Positions 47,866 through 59,752 of a stretch of DNA of 64,000 nt are shown one piece after another; positions within the stretch are counted from its first letter, which is position 1; every line of letters starts with the position of its first letter. The notes beneath the pieces were generated by a model. That model did no database searches. It was not told the DNA's origin and worked only from the letters and a program-made list of their open reading frames with translations. This stretch comes from Anolis carolinensis (Eukaryota). The DNA lies in contig NW_026943822.1 of the NCBI RefSeq assembly GCF_035594765.1, forward strand, positions 2,198,992 through 2,262,991, in the 5' to 3' direction. The position numbers and the translations under genes are program-made.

Positions 47866-49820
47866 CAGTAGAGTCTCGCTTATCCAATGTTCTGGATTAT
47901 CCAACGCATTTTTGTAGTCAATGTTTTCAATACATCGTGATATTTTGGTACTAAATTCGTAAATACAGTACAGTAGAGTCTCACTTATCCAACGTTCTGG
48001 ATTATCCAACGCATTTTTGTAGTCAATGTTTTCAATACATCATGATATTTTGGTACTAAATTCGTAAATACAGTACAGTAGAGTCTCACTTATCCAACGT
48101 TCTGGATTATCCAACACATTTTTGTAGTCAATGTTTACAATACATCGTGATATTTTGGTACTAAATTCGTAAATACAGTACAGTAGAGTCTCACTTATCC
48201 AACGTTCTGGATTATCCAACGCATTTTTGTAGTCAATGTTTTCAATACATCGTGATATTTTGGTACTAAATTCGTAAATACAGTACAGTAGAGTCTCACT
48301 TATCCAACGTTCTGGATTATCCAACGCATTTTTGTAGTCAATGTTTTCAATACATCATGATATTTTGGTACTAAATTCGTAAATACAGTACAGTAGAGTC
48401 TCACTTATCCAACGTTCTGGATTATCCAACACATTTTTGTAGTCAATGTTTACAATACATCGTGATATTTTGGTACTAAATTCGTAAATACAGTACAGTA
48501 GAGTCTCACTTATCCAACGTTCTGGATTATCCAACGCATTTTTGTAGTCAATGTTTTCAATACATCGTGATATTTTGGTGCTAAATTCGTAAATACAGTA
48601 CAGTAGAGTCTCACTTATCCAACGTTCTGGATTATCCAACGCATTTTTGTAGTCAATGTTTTCAATACATCGTGATATTTTGGTGCTAAATTCGTAAATA
48701 CAGTACAGTAGAGTCTCACTTATCCAACGTTCTGGATTATCCAACGCATTTTTGTAGTCAATGTTTTCAATACATCGTGATATTTTGGTGCTAAGTTCGT
48801 AAATACAGTACAGTAGAGTCTCACTTATCCAACATTCGCTTAGCCGACGTTCTGGATTATCCAACGCATTTTTGTAGTCAGTGTTTTCAATACATCGTGA
48901 TATTTTGGTGCTAAATTCGTAAATACAGTACAGTAGAGTCCCACTTATCCAACATTCGCTTAGCCAACGTTCTGGATTATCCAACGCATTTTTGTAGTCA
49001 ATGTTTACAATACATCGTGATATTTTGGTGCTAAATTTGTAAATACAGTACAGTAGAGTCTCACTTATCCAACATTCGCTTAGCCAATGTTCTGGATTAT
49101 CCAACACATTTTTGTAGTCAATGTTTACAATACATCGTGATATTTTGGTGCTAAATTCGTAAATACAGTACAGTAGAGTCTCACTTATCCAACATTCGCT
49201 TAGCCAATGTTCTGGATTATCCAACGCATTTTTGTAGTCAGTGTTTTCAATACATCGTGATATTTTGGTGCTAAATTCGTAAATATAGTACAGTAGAGTC
49301 TCACTTATCCAACATTCGCTTAGCCAATGTTCTGGATTATCCAATGCTTTTTTGTAGTCAATGTTTTCAATACATCATGATATTTTGGTGCTAAATTCGT
49401 AAATACAGTAATTACTACATAGCATTAATGTGTAATGAACTACTTTTTCTGTCAAATTTGTTGTATAACATGATGTTTTGGTTCTTAATTTGTAAAATCA
49501 TAACCTAATTTGATGTTTAATAGGCTTTTCCTTAATCTCTCCTTATTATCCAACATATTCGCTTATCCAACATTCTGCCGACCCATTTACATTGGATAAA
49601 CGAGACTCTACTGTAATTACTATGTAGCATTACTGCATATTAAACTACTTTTTCTGTCAAATTTGTTGTATAACATGGTGTTTTGATGCTTAATTTGTAA
49701 AATCATAATGTAATTTTATGTTTAATAGGCTTTTTCCTTAATCCCTCCTTATTATCCAACATTTTCGCTTATCCAATGTTCTGCCGGCCTGTTTATGTTG
49801 GATAAGTGAGACTCTACTGT
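47866..49820. repeat. MITE-derived tandem array: 9 x 105 bp + 4 x 120 bp left-arm units, then a full MITE and the host right arm
   Basis: Unit starts 47866, 47971, 48076 ... 48706, 48811, 48931, 49051, 49171, 49291. Confidence 0.92.
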
Positions 49821-49824
49821 ATTA

Positions 49825-50490
49825 TTTATTTGTCGTGTCAGAAGCGAGTTGAGAATACAGTTATAATGTATAGAAAACCACAAATAAAATTTAAAAACTT
49901 GGCATTATACAAAATTTCCTTTGACCGGAAGCTAGCCACTTCAAGTGCCTCTGATGTTGCCATAAAAAGGTCCTCCATTGTGCATGTGGCTGTGCTCAAG
50001 CTGCATTGTAGTAGGTGGTCTGGTTTGCTCTTCTCCACACTTGCATGTCGTGGACTCCACTTTGAGGTCCCATGTGCTAAGATTGGCTCTGTATCTCATG
50101 GTGTCAAAGTGCAGTCAGTTCAGCGCCTTCCAAGTCGCCCAACCTCCTATGTGCCCAGGAGGGAGTTTCTCATCCGGTCTCAGCCACTGATCAAGGTTCC
50201 AGGTTTTATCCTACTACTTTTGGACTCTTGCTTGCTGAGTTGTTACTCCAAGTATCTCTGTAGATCTTAGGAAGCTATTTCTTGATTTAAGGCGTTGGCT
50301 TGCTGGCTGATATCAAACAGAGGATGGGCCAGAGATGTCAATGCCTTGGTCCTTTCATTACTGGCTGCTACTTGCCGATGGATATCAGGTGGTGCAATAT
50401 TGGCTAGAACTTTATAATTTCTCCAGCGGTGTAGGGCACAGGCATCCTGTGATAAGGCAGCATGTCTCATCAAGAGCCGCCGCATCCACT
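49825..50490 (-). mobile_element. Vingi-like LINE 3' fragment
   Basis: IAPPDIHRQVA, CTMEDLFMATSEALEVASF, tail CTTCTGACACGACAAATAAAT. Confidence 0.7.
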
Positions 50491-50493
50491 GTT

Positions 50494-50538
<45 letters not shown>

Positions 50539-50815
50539 CTTTATTTATACCCCGCCACCATCTCCCCAACGGGGACTCGGGGCGGCTAACATGGGGCCAT
50601 GCCCAGAGCAATACAATATAATAAAATATAAAAACAACATATCATAACACAATTAAAACAATACAATAGATAATAATATACATTACATCAAGAAGTCAAA
50701 GAAATAGTAAAAACAAGGGTGGGCCGCATGAACACAGAGATAAAAACTCGGGGTGAGAGAGACAAAGGAATACACCACAGGGGACAGGGACATATGAAAG
50801 TGGAACAGTCTAGAG

Positions 50816-51501
50816 CAGGGATCCCCAAACTAAGGCCCGGGGGCCGGATGCGGCCCTCCAAGGTCATTTACCTGGCCCCCGACCTCAGTTTTATAATATA
50901 ATATTTTTATATCAGTTTTAATAATATAATATATTGTAAATACATATAATATTGATAATAATCTTATGTTATACAATATAATACTAATAGTAATACCATA
51001 TAATAATATTAATTGTATATATTACATATTATATAATAGTATAGTTCAATATAGTAATATATAATGCTAATATTGTGTTATGCTAATAATATAATATATT
51101 GTATGTACATACAGCTGCTCTGAGTCCCCTTTGGGGTGAGAAGGGTGGGATATATGTAGTAAATAAATACAGTAAATAAATAATTAATGTTAGACTTAGG
51201 CTCGGCCAAAGTCTGACATGACTTGAAGGCACACAACAACAACAATCCTAATTAACTTGACTCATTGGCCAGTAGCAGGCCCACACTTTCCATTGAAATC
51301 CTAATAGGTTTGTTGGTTAAAATTGTTTTCATTTTTTAAATATTGTATTGTTCTTTCGTTATTGTTGTTGTTGCACTACAAATAAGACATGTGCAGTATG
51401 CACAGGAATTTGTTTTTTTTTTTTTCAAATGATAATTTGGCCCCTCAACAGTCTGAAGGATTGTGGACCGGCCCCCTGCTTTAAAAGTTTGGGGACCCCT
51501 G
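50816..51501. mobile_element. hAT non-autonomous element (same family as 9924)
   Basis: 8-bp TSD GTCTAGAG. Confidence 0.85.
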
Positions 51502-51989
51502 GTCTAGAGGATAGATGTTGGAGGGGAGGCAGACATATACATAACACATATAGGCAGACATTCAATGCCTTTTAACATAGAACAAAGACAAACAAACATA
51601 GGCTCCGAGCTGGGCCTCGAACTCATGACCTCCTGGTCAGAGTGATTCATTGCAGTGATTGATTGCAGCTGCTCTCCAGCCTGCGCCACAGCCTTGTTTT
51701 CCATGTTGGGCATGTGTATTCAGCAGCTGAGTAGCAAAGCACAAGGACAGATGTCTTCACTGTATCTGGCTGAGATCCCCAGTTGTGCTAGTCAGAATCC
51801 CTATCAACTAGGATTCTATTATTCATCTATCATAAATCTCTCTTGATCCTATCTATGGCTGGATGGCCTTCTGTTGGGAGGGAACAGATGGTGTCCTTCC
51901 TGCCAGAAGAAGGTCTGACTGGGTGGCCCTCTTTGGGGATCTCTTCCAGTTCTAGGAGTCTGTGTTGTGACTTTCTAGTGCCACGGAGG

Positions 51990-54900
51990 ATGTCGGGGAT
52001 GTCGGAAGCCGTGCAGCTGCTAGACGCTGCCCACTTTGCGGCCTGCAAGCACTCTAGCCAGCGGCGCAAGGACCCCGAGTGCACACCGTACATCAACCAC
52101 CCCATCGGTCAGTGAATCCCTGGGCACGTGCAGAGGCCAGGGCGGGAGGGAGAGGCCACTTTCTCCCCTTAGAAACACACCTGCCCCTCTCCCATTCACC
52201 ACCTCGGGGAGGCAGGGACCATAATTGGGTTCTTAACATCAGTAAGGCAGGAGCCATGGTGGGTTAAATGCTTGTGCCGGCTGAACTGCTAACCTGAAGG
52301 TTGGGTCGCCGACCTGAAGGTTGCTGGTTCGAATCCGCAAGATGGGGTGAGCTTCTGTCAGCTCTAGCTTGCGGGGACATGAGAGAAGCCTCCCAGCAGT
52401 ACATCTGGGCTTGCAGTGTGTTCTCAAGTTGCTTCTTATATGAAAAAAAATCTATAAGACCAAGGAGCTGATAGTAGATTACAGAAGAAATAGATCGGAA
52501 ATTCTGCCTTTGGTTTTAAATGGAAATAGAGTGGCACAGGTGGCCAGTTTTACCTGCACTACTCTTAAGTTCCCTGGTGCTGCATTGTTACGGAAGACCT
52601 GACCTGGGGCCCAGCAGGGATTATATTATTATCTGACTTTCTTAAGCAGGCATGGGAAAACCGGCCCTCCCACCAGGAGTTAAGGAACCAACAAATGAAT
52701 GCAAAATTGTCAGTGTCTTTCTAACACTGTGTTATAGAGAGTGTTCTAACCTACTGCATCTGCATATAGTTTTCCGGTTGCACAGAGGCTATAGATATGA
52801 AGGCACTCCTGCCAAGAGAATGATAGCTGCCCTCTCCCCTCTTTGGAAGAATTTTCTCATCCCCACTGCCTTACGAAAGCTCAGAATATTCTTAAGGATC
52901 CATCTCACCCTGGATATTCTTTTTTTTTAAATTATTTCCATCTGGCAGATAGTATTAGATGATAAAAACGCATAAACTGAGAGAGAGCTTTTATCCCATA
53001 GTTGTGACTACATTGAACTCTGTGGTTTCACACTGACACAACATTAAGGGTTATGCAATAGTTATGAGATTGTGAAAGGATGGATGCTTTGTTTTGTAAT
53101 TCTACATATATAATGTATATTGGGGGTGGCATTTAATTTAATTGTACAATGTACAATGACAATAAAGTTATTCTATTCTGTTATTCTATTCAGGTGTGGC
53201 CCAGATCCTGGCACAGGAGGGTGGCATCACAGACCTCGCGGTGTTGCAGGTGAGTCAGGGCAGCCCCATGGTTCCGGCATTCAAGCTGCAGCCAAAGCCA
53301 TTCAAGCTATAAGGCTGAGCACACACATAGAGCACCAGTTCCCTCAAAGGCAGGGATGTACCGCCAGCCAATGTCCTCGATTCCTGCTAGAGGTCTTAAG
53401 CCCCTTCTACACTGCCCTATATCCCAGGGCTTGATCCTAGATTATCTGTTTCGAACTGGATTATATGAGTCTACACTGGCAGATATCTGGAATAAGCAGA
53501 TAACCTGGGATCAGATCCCGCGATATAGGGCAGTGTATATCCAACCTCAGTGTCCTAGGGTTAGGATCTGCCATCCTCATTATAGTCATGCCATTGCAGG
53601 CAGTCCCTGAATTACAAACATCCAATTTACAAATAAGTCCTAGTCCCCTTCTGCACTGCCATATAATCCAGATTATCAAATCAGATAATTCACGTCATCC
53701 GCTTTGAACTGGATTGTGAGTCTACACTGCCATAGAACCCAGTTCAAAGCAGATAATCTGGATTTTATCTGGCAGTATAGAAGGGGCTCTAGTTAAGAAC
53801 AGAGTGAAACAAGAAGTGAGAGGAATCTGCTCCTCGGAAGGGAAATCCACCCCTTTAAAAGTTATTATTATGGGGGAAAGATGTCTCCACTGAAGCTTTA
53901 TCTCCAATCCTTGTTCCCACAACAAGCCAAATTTTTCAAAATCCAATAATAACAGCAACTGAAAGTAATGTGAAATCTTTTGAACAGGGGCACAGACAGC
54001 AAAACAAATACCACAGATGTGTTGCCTTTCCGTATGCGATCCAAAGCTAAAAGATATATATATATATATTTGACTGGAGTTACGCTTAAAAAATGTCCCT
54101 GTTCCAATTTGCATACAAATCCACTTTAAAAGTAAACCTACAGAACCAATCTTGTTCGTAACTTGGGGACTAACTGTATTGCATATTGATACTTCAGACT
54201 TAATATATAAATAAATATATCCATCAGTAGTTGTGTTGCTATGTGCTCTTGATAAAGGTATACTTTGCTAATGGGAATATAGGTATATTCTAAAAACCAA
54301 TAGCTGAAGCTAAGTGCTAGTACAATTAGCTAATTGCAGCCCAAGGTTTTTCTCATGTGAAAGATGGGAATGAGATAAGGTTTGAATTACTGGTACTTGA
54401 TGAATGAAAGAGAAGACTGCAAAAGAGTCTAATGGGCCAGGCTGTTGGACGAAGGAAATGTAATGCACACCAAATGTTCAAATGTAAAACTTATACACCT
54501 TTTAATGCCACAAAAGCTATCAGACCTAACAATAACCACTGGTGACAGCCTGTGCATGAACTTTTTGAATGAAGGGGGTTTGTTTATCTCTGAGGCAGGA
54601 GCAAAGGTCTGCAGTTGACACTCAGGCAGTGCTCTTGGGGCCATCTAGTGCCTGTCTCCCCGCAGGCTGCCCTTCTGCACGACACGGTCGAAGACACGGA
54701 AACCACCTTCTCAGAGATCGAGGAGCGCTTTGGCACGGAGGTCAGGCGCATGGTGGAGGAAGTGACCGATGACAAGGCATTGCCCAGGATGGAACGCAAG
54801 CGCCTGCAGATCGAGCACGCAGCTGGTGCGAGCCCGGGCGCCAGACTCATCAAGCTAGCCGACAAGCTCTACAACCTGCGAGACCTGAACCGCTGCACTC

Positions 54901-56797
54901 CCCAAGGTCCGTCTTCTGGCCGTTTGCCCCTCCAATCTATCCAGATTTCTATCCTGTTGCATCCTAATGTGTTTCAAAAAGCAGAATACTGTTAGGTACT
55001 TTTAACTTAGCATATTTACTCAGTGTACAAGCAGCTCCGGTTCTTAGCAACTCTGGACTTTGCCCGATTTGAACAGCAGAAAGGCAGACAGCAGAAGTAT
55101 ACTTCTTAAAACAGGAAGGCTCTATCTCTTGTACAGTAATACAAAACACAAGCAGTCTGTACAAAGCACAATTGCACAACAAATTCTTTCACATCTCTCT
55201 TTCCCCCAACAAAACAGCAATGATACCAATCTACAGCAACACCAAGGTAAAATGTTACATTTGCTGTCCAAATTCATACAAATATTAACCAATCGACTAT
55301 TACACTAAATTATTATATTATCATCCCTGCTGCCTGGGATTATGTACAGTAGAGTCTCACTTATCCAAGCTAAATGGGCCAGCAGAAGCTTGGATAAGCG
55401 AATATCTTGGATAATAAGGAGGGATTAAGGAAAAGCCTATTAAACATCAAATTAGGTTATGATTTTACAAATTAAGCACCAAAATATCATGTTATACAAC
55501 AAATTTGACAGAAAAAGTAGTTCAATACGCAGTAATGTTATGTTGTAATTTCTGTATTTACGAATTTTGCACCAAAATATCACGATATATTGAAAACATT
55601 GACTACAAAAATGGCTTGGATTATCCAGAAGCTTGGATAAGCGAGGCTTGGATATGTGAGACTCTACTGTACATAGTTGCATGGCAGGGATTTGGACTAG
55701 ATGGCCCATGTGATCTCTTCCAACTCTATTATTCTATGACTCTTCATGGTTACATCAGCCACTGAGATTTTTCGAGTCCAGGGGTTCTCAAGCTTTTTCA
55801 GCTGCAGAGCCCTTTGTGAAGCAAAAGTTTCTTGTGGCACCCCAAGAAATGTTTTTTTATATTATATTATATATAAAATACCTATGTATCAGGCAGTGGC
55901 AAACTTTTTTTTTACTATTAGAGACTTAATAGTATATCAGTGGAAGACCCCAGGGACCATCCAGTCCAACCCTCTTCTGCCTTGCAGGAAAAACACAATC
56001 AAAGCACCCCCTAAGCTGTGGGAGGGAAATAGGGTTTTGGAAGCAAGCAATGTGAGGGGGAAAGTATCTGGAAGGTGAAGAAAAAGGGCTTTTGGCAGTG
56101 AGGGGGGGGGGGGAGGAGCAGAAAAGAGGAGGGAAAGCTTGGAGGGGGAGGAAGGAGGAGGACACTGTGGAGCCCCTAAGTATGCTTCGTGGAGCCCACG
56201 GGACCACTGCTTTAGTCATTCTGACTTCATAATTAATCATGAATATACTTAATTTATATACAAATTGCAACAAATACATCCTCAAAGTGGAATGCAGCAA
56301 TATGAAATGAAGCTTCTCCAAATGGGAACTGTGTGGAATTTTGAAAGTAGGGTTCAGGGAACGATATTGCAATGGCAGCCCAAGAAGGGAGTTCTCAAGA
56401 TCAGCTGTGCAATTTTGGATAGCATCTCTTGGACAGTAGTTGCTAAAGAAGCCAGCTTTCTGGAAGTTGAAGTCCAAAACACCTTTCCTGTGACTCCTTG
56501 GATCACAGGGAAAGAAAATGTATCTTTCCAGCTGAAGCTTTAGCCTCTTTAGTCTCTGGCTCTGAGAAGCTCCGTGCCTCCTAGCCATGAGACAGAGTCG
56601 CTCTGACAGGAGACACATGACAAACACGTTTGTCACTTTCTGACTGCGAGGTCTCTCTTTGGACAGGTTGGTCTGAAAAGCGGGTCCAGGATTACTTTCT
56701 CTGGGCCTCGGAGGTGGTGAAGGGCTTGCGTGGGACTCATCCGGCCTTGGAGGAGAAGCTGTGGCTGCTCTTTAGGGAGCGAGGGATTCCAGAGTGA
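51990..56797 (+). CDS. HDDC3: HD-domain protein 3 / MESH1 (ppGpp hydrolase homolog, NADPH phosphatase), 181 aa. Exons 51990-52107, 53194-53249, 54666-54906, 56667-56797
   Basis: [59 protein letters not shown]; phase-consistent, 546 nt. Confidence 0.96.
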
Positions 56798-58399
56798 CGC
56801 TGCAGAACATCCTGATGGGAGATCAGAAAGGAGGAGAATCAAGAAATAAAGGAGGGATATAATCACAAGGAGGAGGAGGAGGACCTTCAATTATACTTCC
56901 GCAAATGATTCTGGCAAAAAGTTAGTTCACCATATACTCCTCCTTATCTTGTGCCATTCACTGCATTGAATTTTCTGCTTACTTGCAAAAAAAAAAAAAA
57001 GCCCCACTTGGCTTACAACTTTTCCATCTTTGAGAGCAAGTGCCTAAATCACAGCCTGGAAGAGAAGAGACTGGATCCAGGCCCTTCGTTTATTCTTACC
57101 ACTGTGCAGGTCATGTGGTAGCTGAAATTCATAATTACCTTTGAACAGTGCAAGGGACGCGGCCGTTTGTTGCCACCAAATTATATTATTTGTTTCCTTA
57201 CTGCCACAAATAATTATGTACTTTGCTGCCACCATTTATAACATGTATGTGCCACCGCTCTCCATGGCCAGCACGCAGAAAGACCCAAAGATGGGGGGAA
57301 ACTCTGTTTTGCAGAGCGATGGTTAAATAAGCCACCTCTTTATAATGTTTATCAGGAAGACAAACACTTGAAGTGAAGTAAAACAGAATTATGCTGTTTA
57401 TTTGTACTTGAACAGAAATGTGTATTGGTTTCAATAAAATAACAGGCTTTGCTTTAACAGTGAATGGTTCTTAAACAGGAGTTTCTTGAAAATGGATTGT
57501 TCCCTCATGAAGGAAATATTAACAGACTTTTCAAACCTTAGAGACCTCTTCCCAGGGGCTCCAGACTTAAGCACTCTATCTCTTTAGAGGCTCACTACAG
57601 TTCTTAGCACTTCTCCCTGAAGGCTAATCAGTTTTCTCTCAAAGAGGTTTGTCTCAAACAGTTCCTAAAAACCTTGCTTTCTTCCTTCTTAAAATTATCT
57701 TCCTAGCTGTGCAAACACCAAAAACCCTATCTACCAATTCTCTGACTGAATAGCTCCAACTGTCTATTTGGCTCCGCCTATCTCCGGTTGCTAAGCAACT
57801 CCCAATTTTACCAACCAATCAGGCCGCACTTCCTCACTTGAAGCTGCCTGATGACTCCTCCCCCTTCTTGGCTTAGTTTTTCCAAGCAAGTCCTTGAATT
57901 GCCTCTGCACACCAACCCTGCAAGGTTAGCCAATCCGTTACAAATGGTATCAGGCAGTGTTGTATTTCAGTTTCAATGTTGACTTTTATGGAGAGGTGGC
58001 TGCCAAGGGAGCGGAAATAAATGATCAACATTTTATAATATTACAACTGCATTTCTGGCATTGCAGAAGGATTGGCTGGAGCCTTTTGCTGGAAGAGCAC
58101 TTGGGTTTTCTTGATGTTCAATGAGAAGCTGAGCTTCTCGTATGCTTCTGCAAAGCTGTTTAGAGTGGCCTATAGGTCTTCTGAATGCGCAGACTACGTT
58201 TATTTATTTATTTATTTGCTACATTTATATGCTGCCCTTCTCACCCCGAAGGGGACTCAGAGCGGCTTACAAATTAAATTTACATACAAAATTATATTAT
58301 TAGCATATTACAATACTGGCAATAAATTACTATATTGTACTATATCAATATAATGTAATATTAATATTATTATTATTATTAAATATGTAAAATTATATA

Positions 58400-59256
58400 T
58401 CTATATATATATACCCTGTTTCCCCTAAAATAAGACATCCCCAGAAAATAAGACCTAGTAGAGGTTTTGCTGAATTGCTAAATATAAGGCCTCCCCCGAA
58501 AATAAGACCTAGCAAAGTTTTTGTTTGGAAGTCTGCCCAACGAACAGAACAGCAGAGCATGCAGGATCGGTAAATGTACGTACCATAGAGTGTTGTACAT
58601 GGAAATATTGGTAGTAACAAGAAATTCTTGATAGGATTCACAGTTTGTCTGGTTATGCTGGTTTGTAATTACAACTACTGTACAGTATATAATAAATGTT
58701 CATTTTTTTGTTCTACAATAAATGTGAATTCTTCTTCATGGAAAAATAAGACATCCCCTGAAAATAAGACCTAGCGCAGGAGCAAAAATTAATATAAGAC
58801 ACTGTCTTATTTTCGGGGAAACACGGTAAAAGAGTGATGGCATCACGGCGACCCACAAAACAACAAAACTACAGGCCCCCCAACCTCGAAATTGACGACA
58901 CAACCCATCATCCATGGCTCTAGGTTGATACAACAAAAAGAAAAGAAAAATAAAGTCCTAATTAGAGAGAGAAGAATAATTGCTTTTATCCAATTGCTGC
59001 CATTAGCCCCTCCAACTTGGTCTCCTAGCAACCCAATAAAAAATAATAAAAAACACTAAAAAATTAATACAATAAAATACCATAATAACAAAAAATAACT
59101 AAACATTATACAAGAAAATAATAAAATATAATAAAAAGATAACTTACAATAAAATTAATTAAAAAATACAAATAACATCAAATAAAAATTACACAACAAT
59201 TTTTAACCAATACCACCACCACTTTGCCACAGCAACGCGTGGCCGGGCACAGCTAG
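58400..59256 (+). mobile_element. Non-autonomous Helitron with a Tigger-like MITE (58414-58826) inserted in its 5' TATA run
   Basis: Near-identical to 23288-23742 once the MITE is removed. Confidence 0.8.
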
Positions 59257-59285
59257 TGTAAAATAAAATACGTAAAATTATATAT

Positions 59286-59470
59286 ACGTTATCATCGGCA
59301 TACTGGAGTTCTATAACAGATGATGTTGTGACCTTGGTTTTGGCTTTCAATCTGTTGAGGTTGAATAGCTTGCCATCGGTCCGATAGATGATTTCCACTC
59401 CTGTGGGAAGCTTCCCATCAACAAGATTAAATATCATAGCAATGAAAATGGAAAATAAAGTTGGGGCAAT
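59286..59470 (-). mobile_element. RTE-clade LINE RT fragment
   Basis: APTLFSIF..YRTDGKLFNLNRLKAKTKV..ELQYADD. Confidence 0.7.
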
Positions 59471-59559
59471 AACAACAACATGAAGTGTGAACTGAATCAT
59501 TAAAAAAAGGGACACAGTTGCATTTAGATAACATTGACCTCAAGGGGCCTCCGTAGAAC

Positions 59560-59752
59560 CCCAAACAGCGAAGGAAGCAGACAGCGCAGGCGCAGATCGC
59601 ACCCTCAGCATACCCGGATGTGGCCCATTTCACAACATAACGGAAAGTGGGTGCTCCAGAAAGCCGGTCCGGTGGATCCCGCGACCGTTGCGGATGGTTC
59701 CGGGCAGGACGACGTTCCGGGCCATTTCCTCGCTGCTGCTTCCGCCTCCGCG
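59560..59752 (+). promoter_or_regulatory. VPS33B CpG promoter/5'UTR (NRF1-like GCGCAGGCGC, ETS-like CCGGATGT and CGGAAAGT)
   Basis: CpG-rich stretch directly upstream of the ATG. Confidence 0.55.

Noticed and set aside
47866-49290. CRISPR-like regular array
   Set aside because: No unique spacers, eukaryotic context, units are MITE arms
48355-49344. 329-aa repetitive ORF on the - strand
   Set aside because: Artefact of 105/120-bp MITE units being multiples of 3; no evidence of coding
19507-56797. GDPGP1 and HDDC3 as a functional nucleotide-metabolism cluster
   Set aside because: Proximity is explained by ordinary vertebrate synteny; no sign of co-regulation in the sequence
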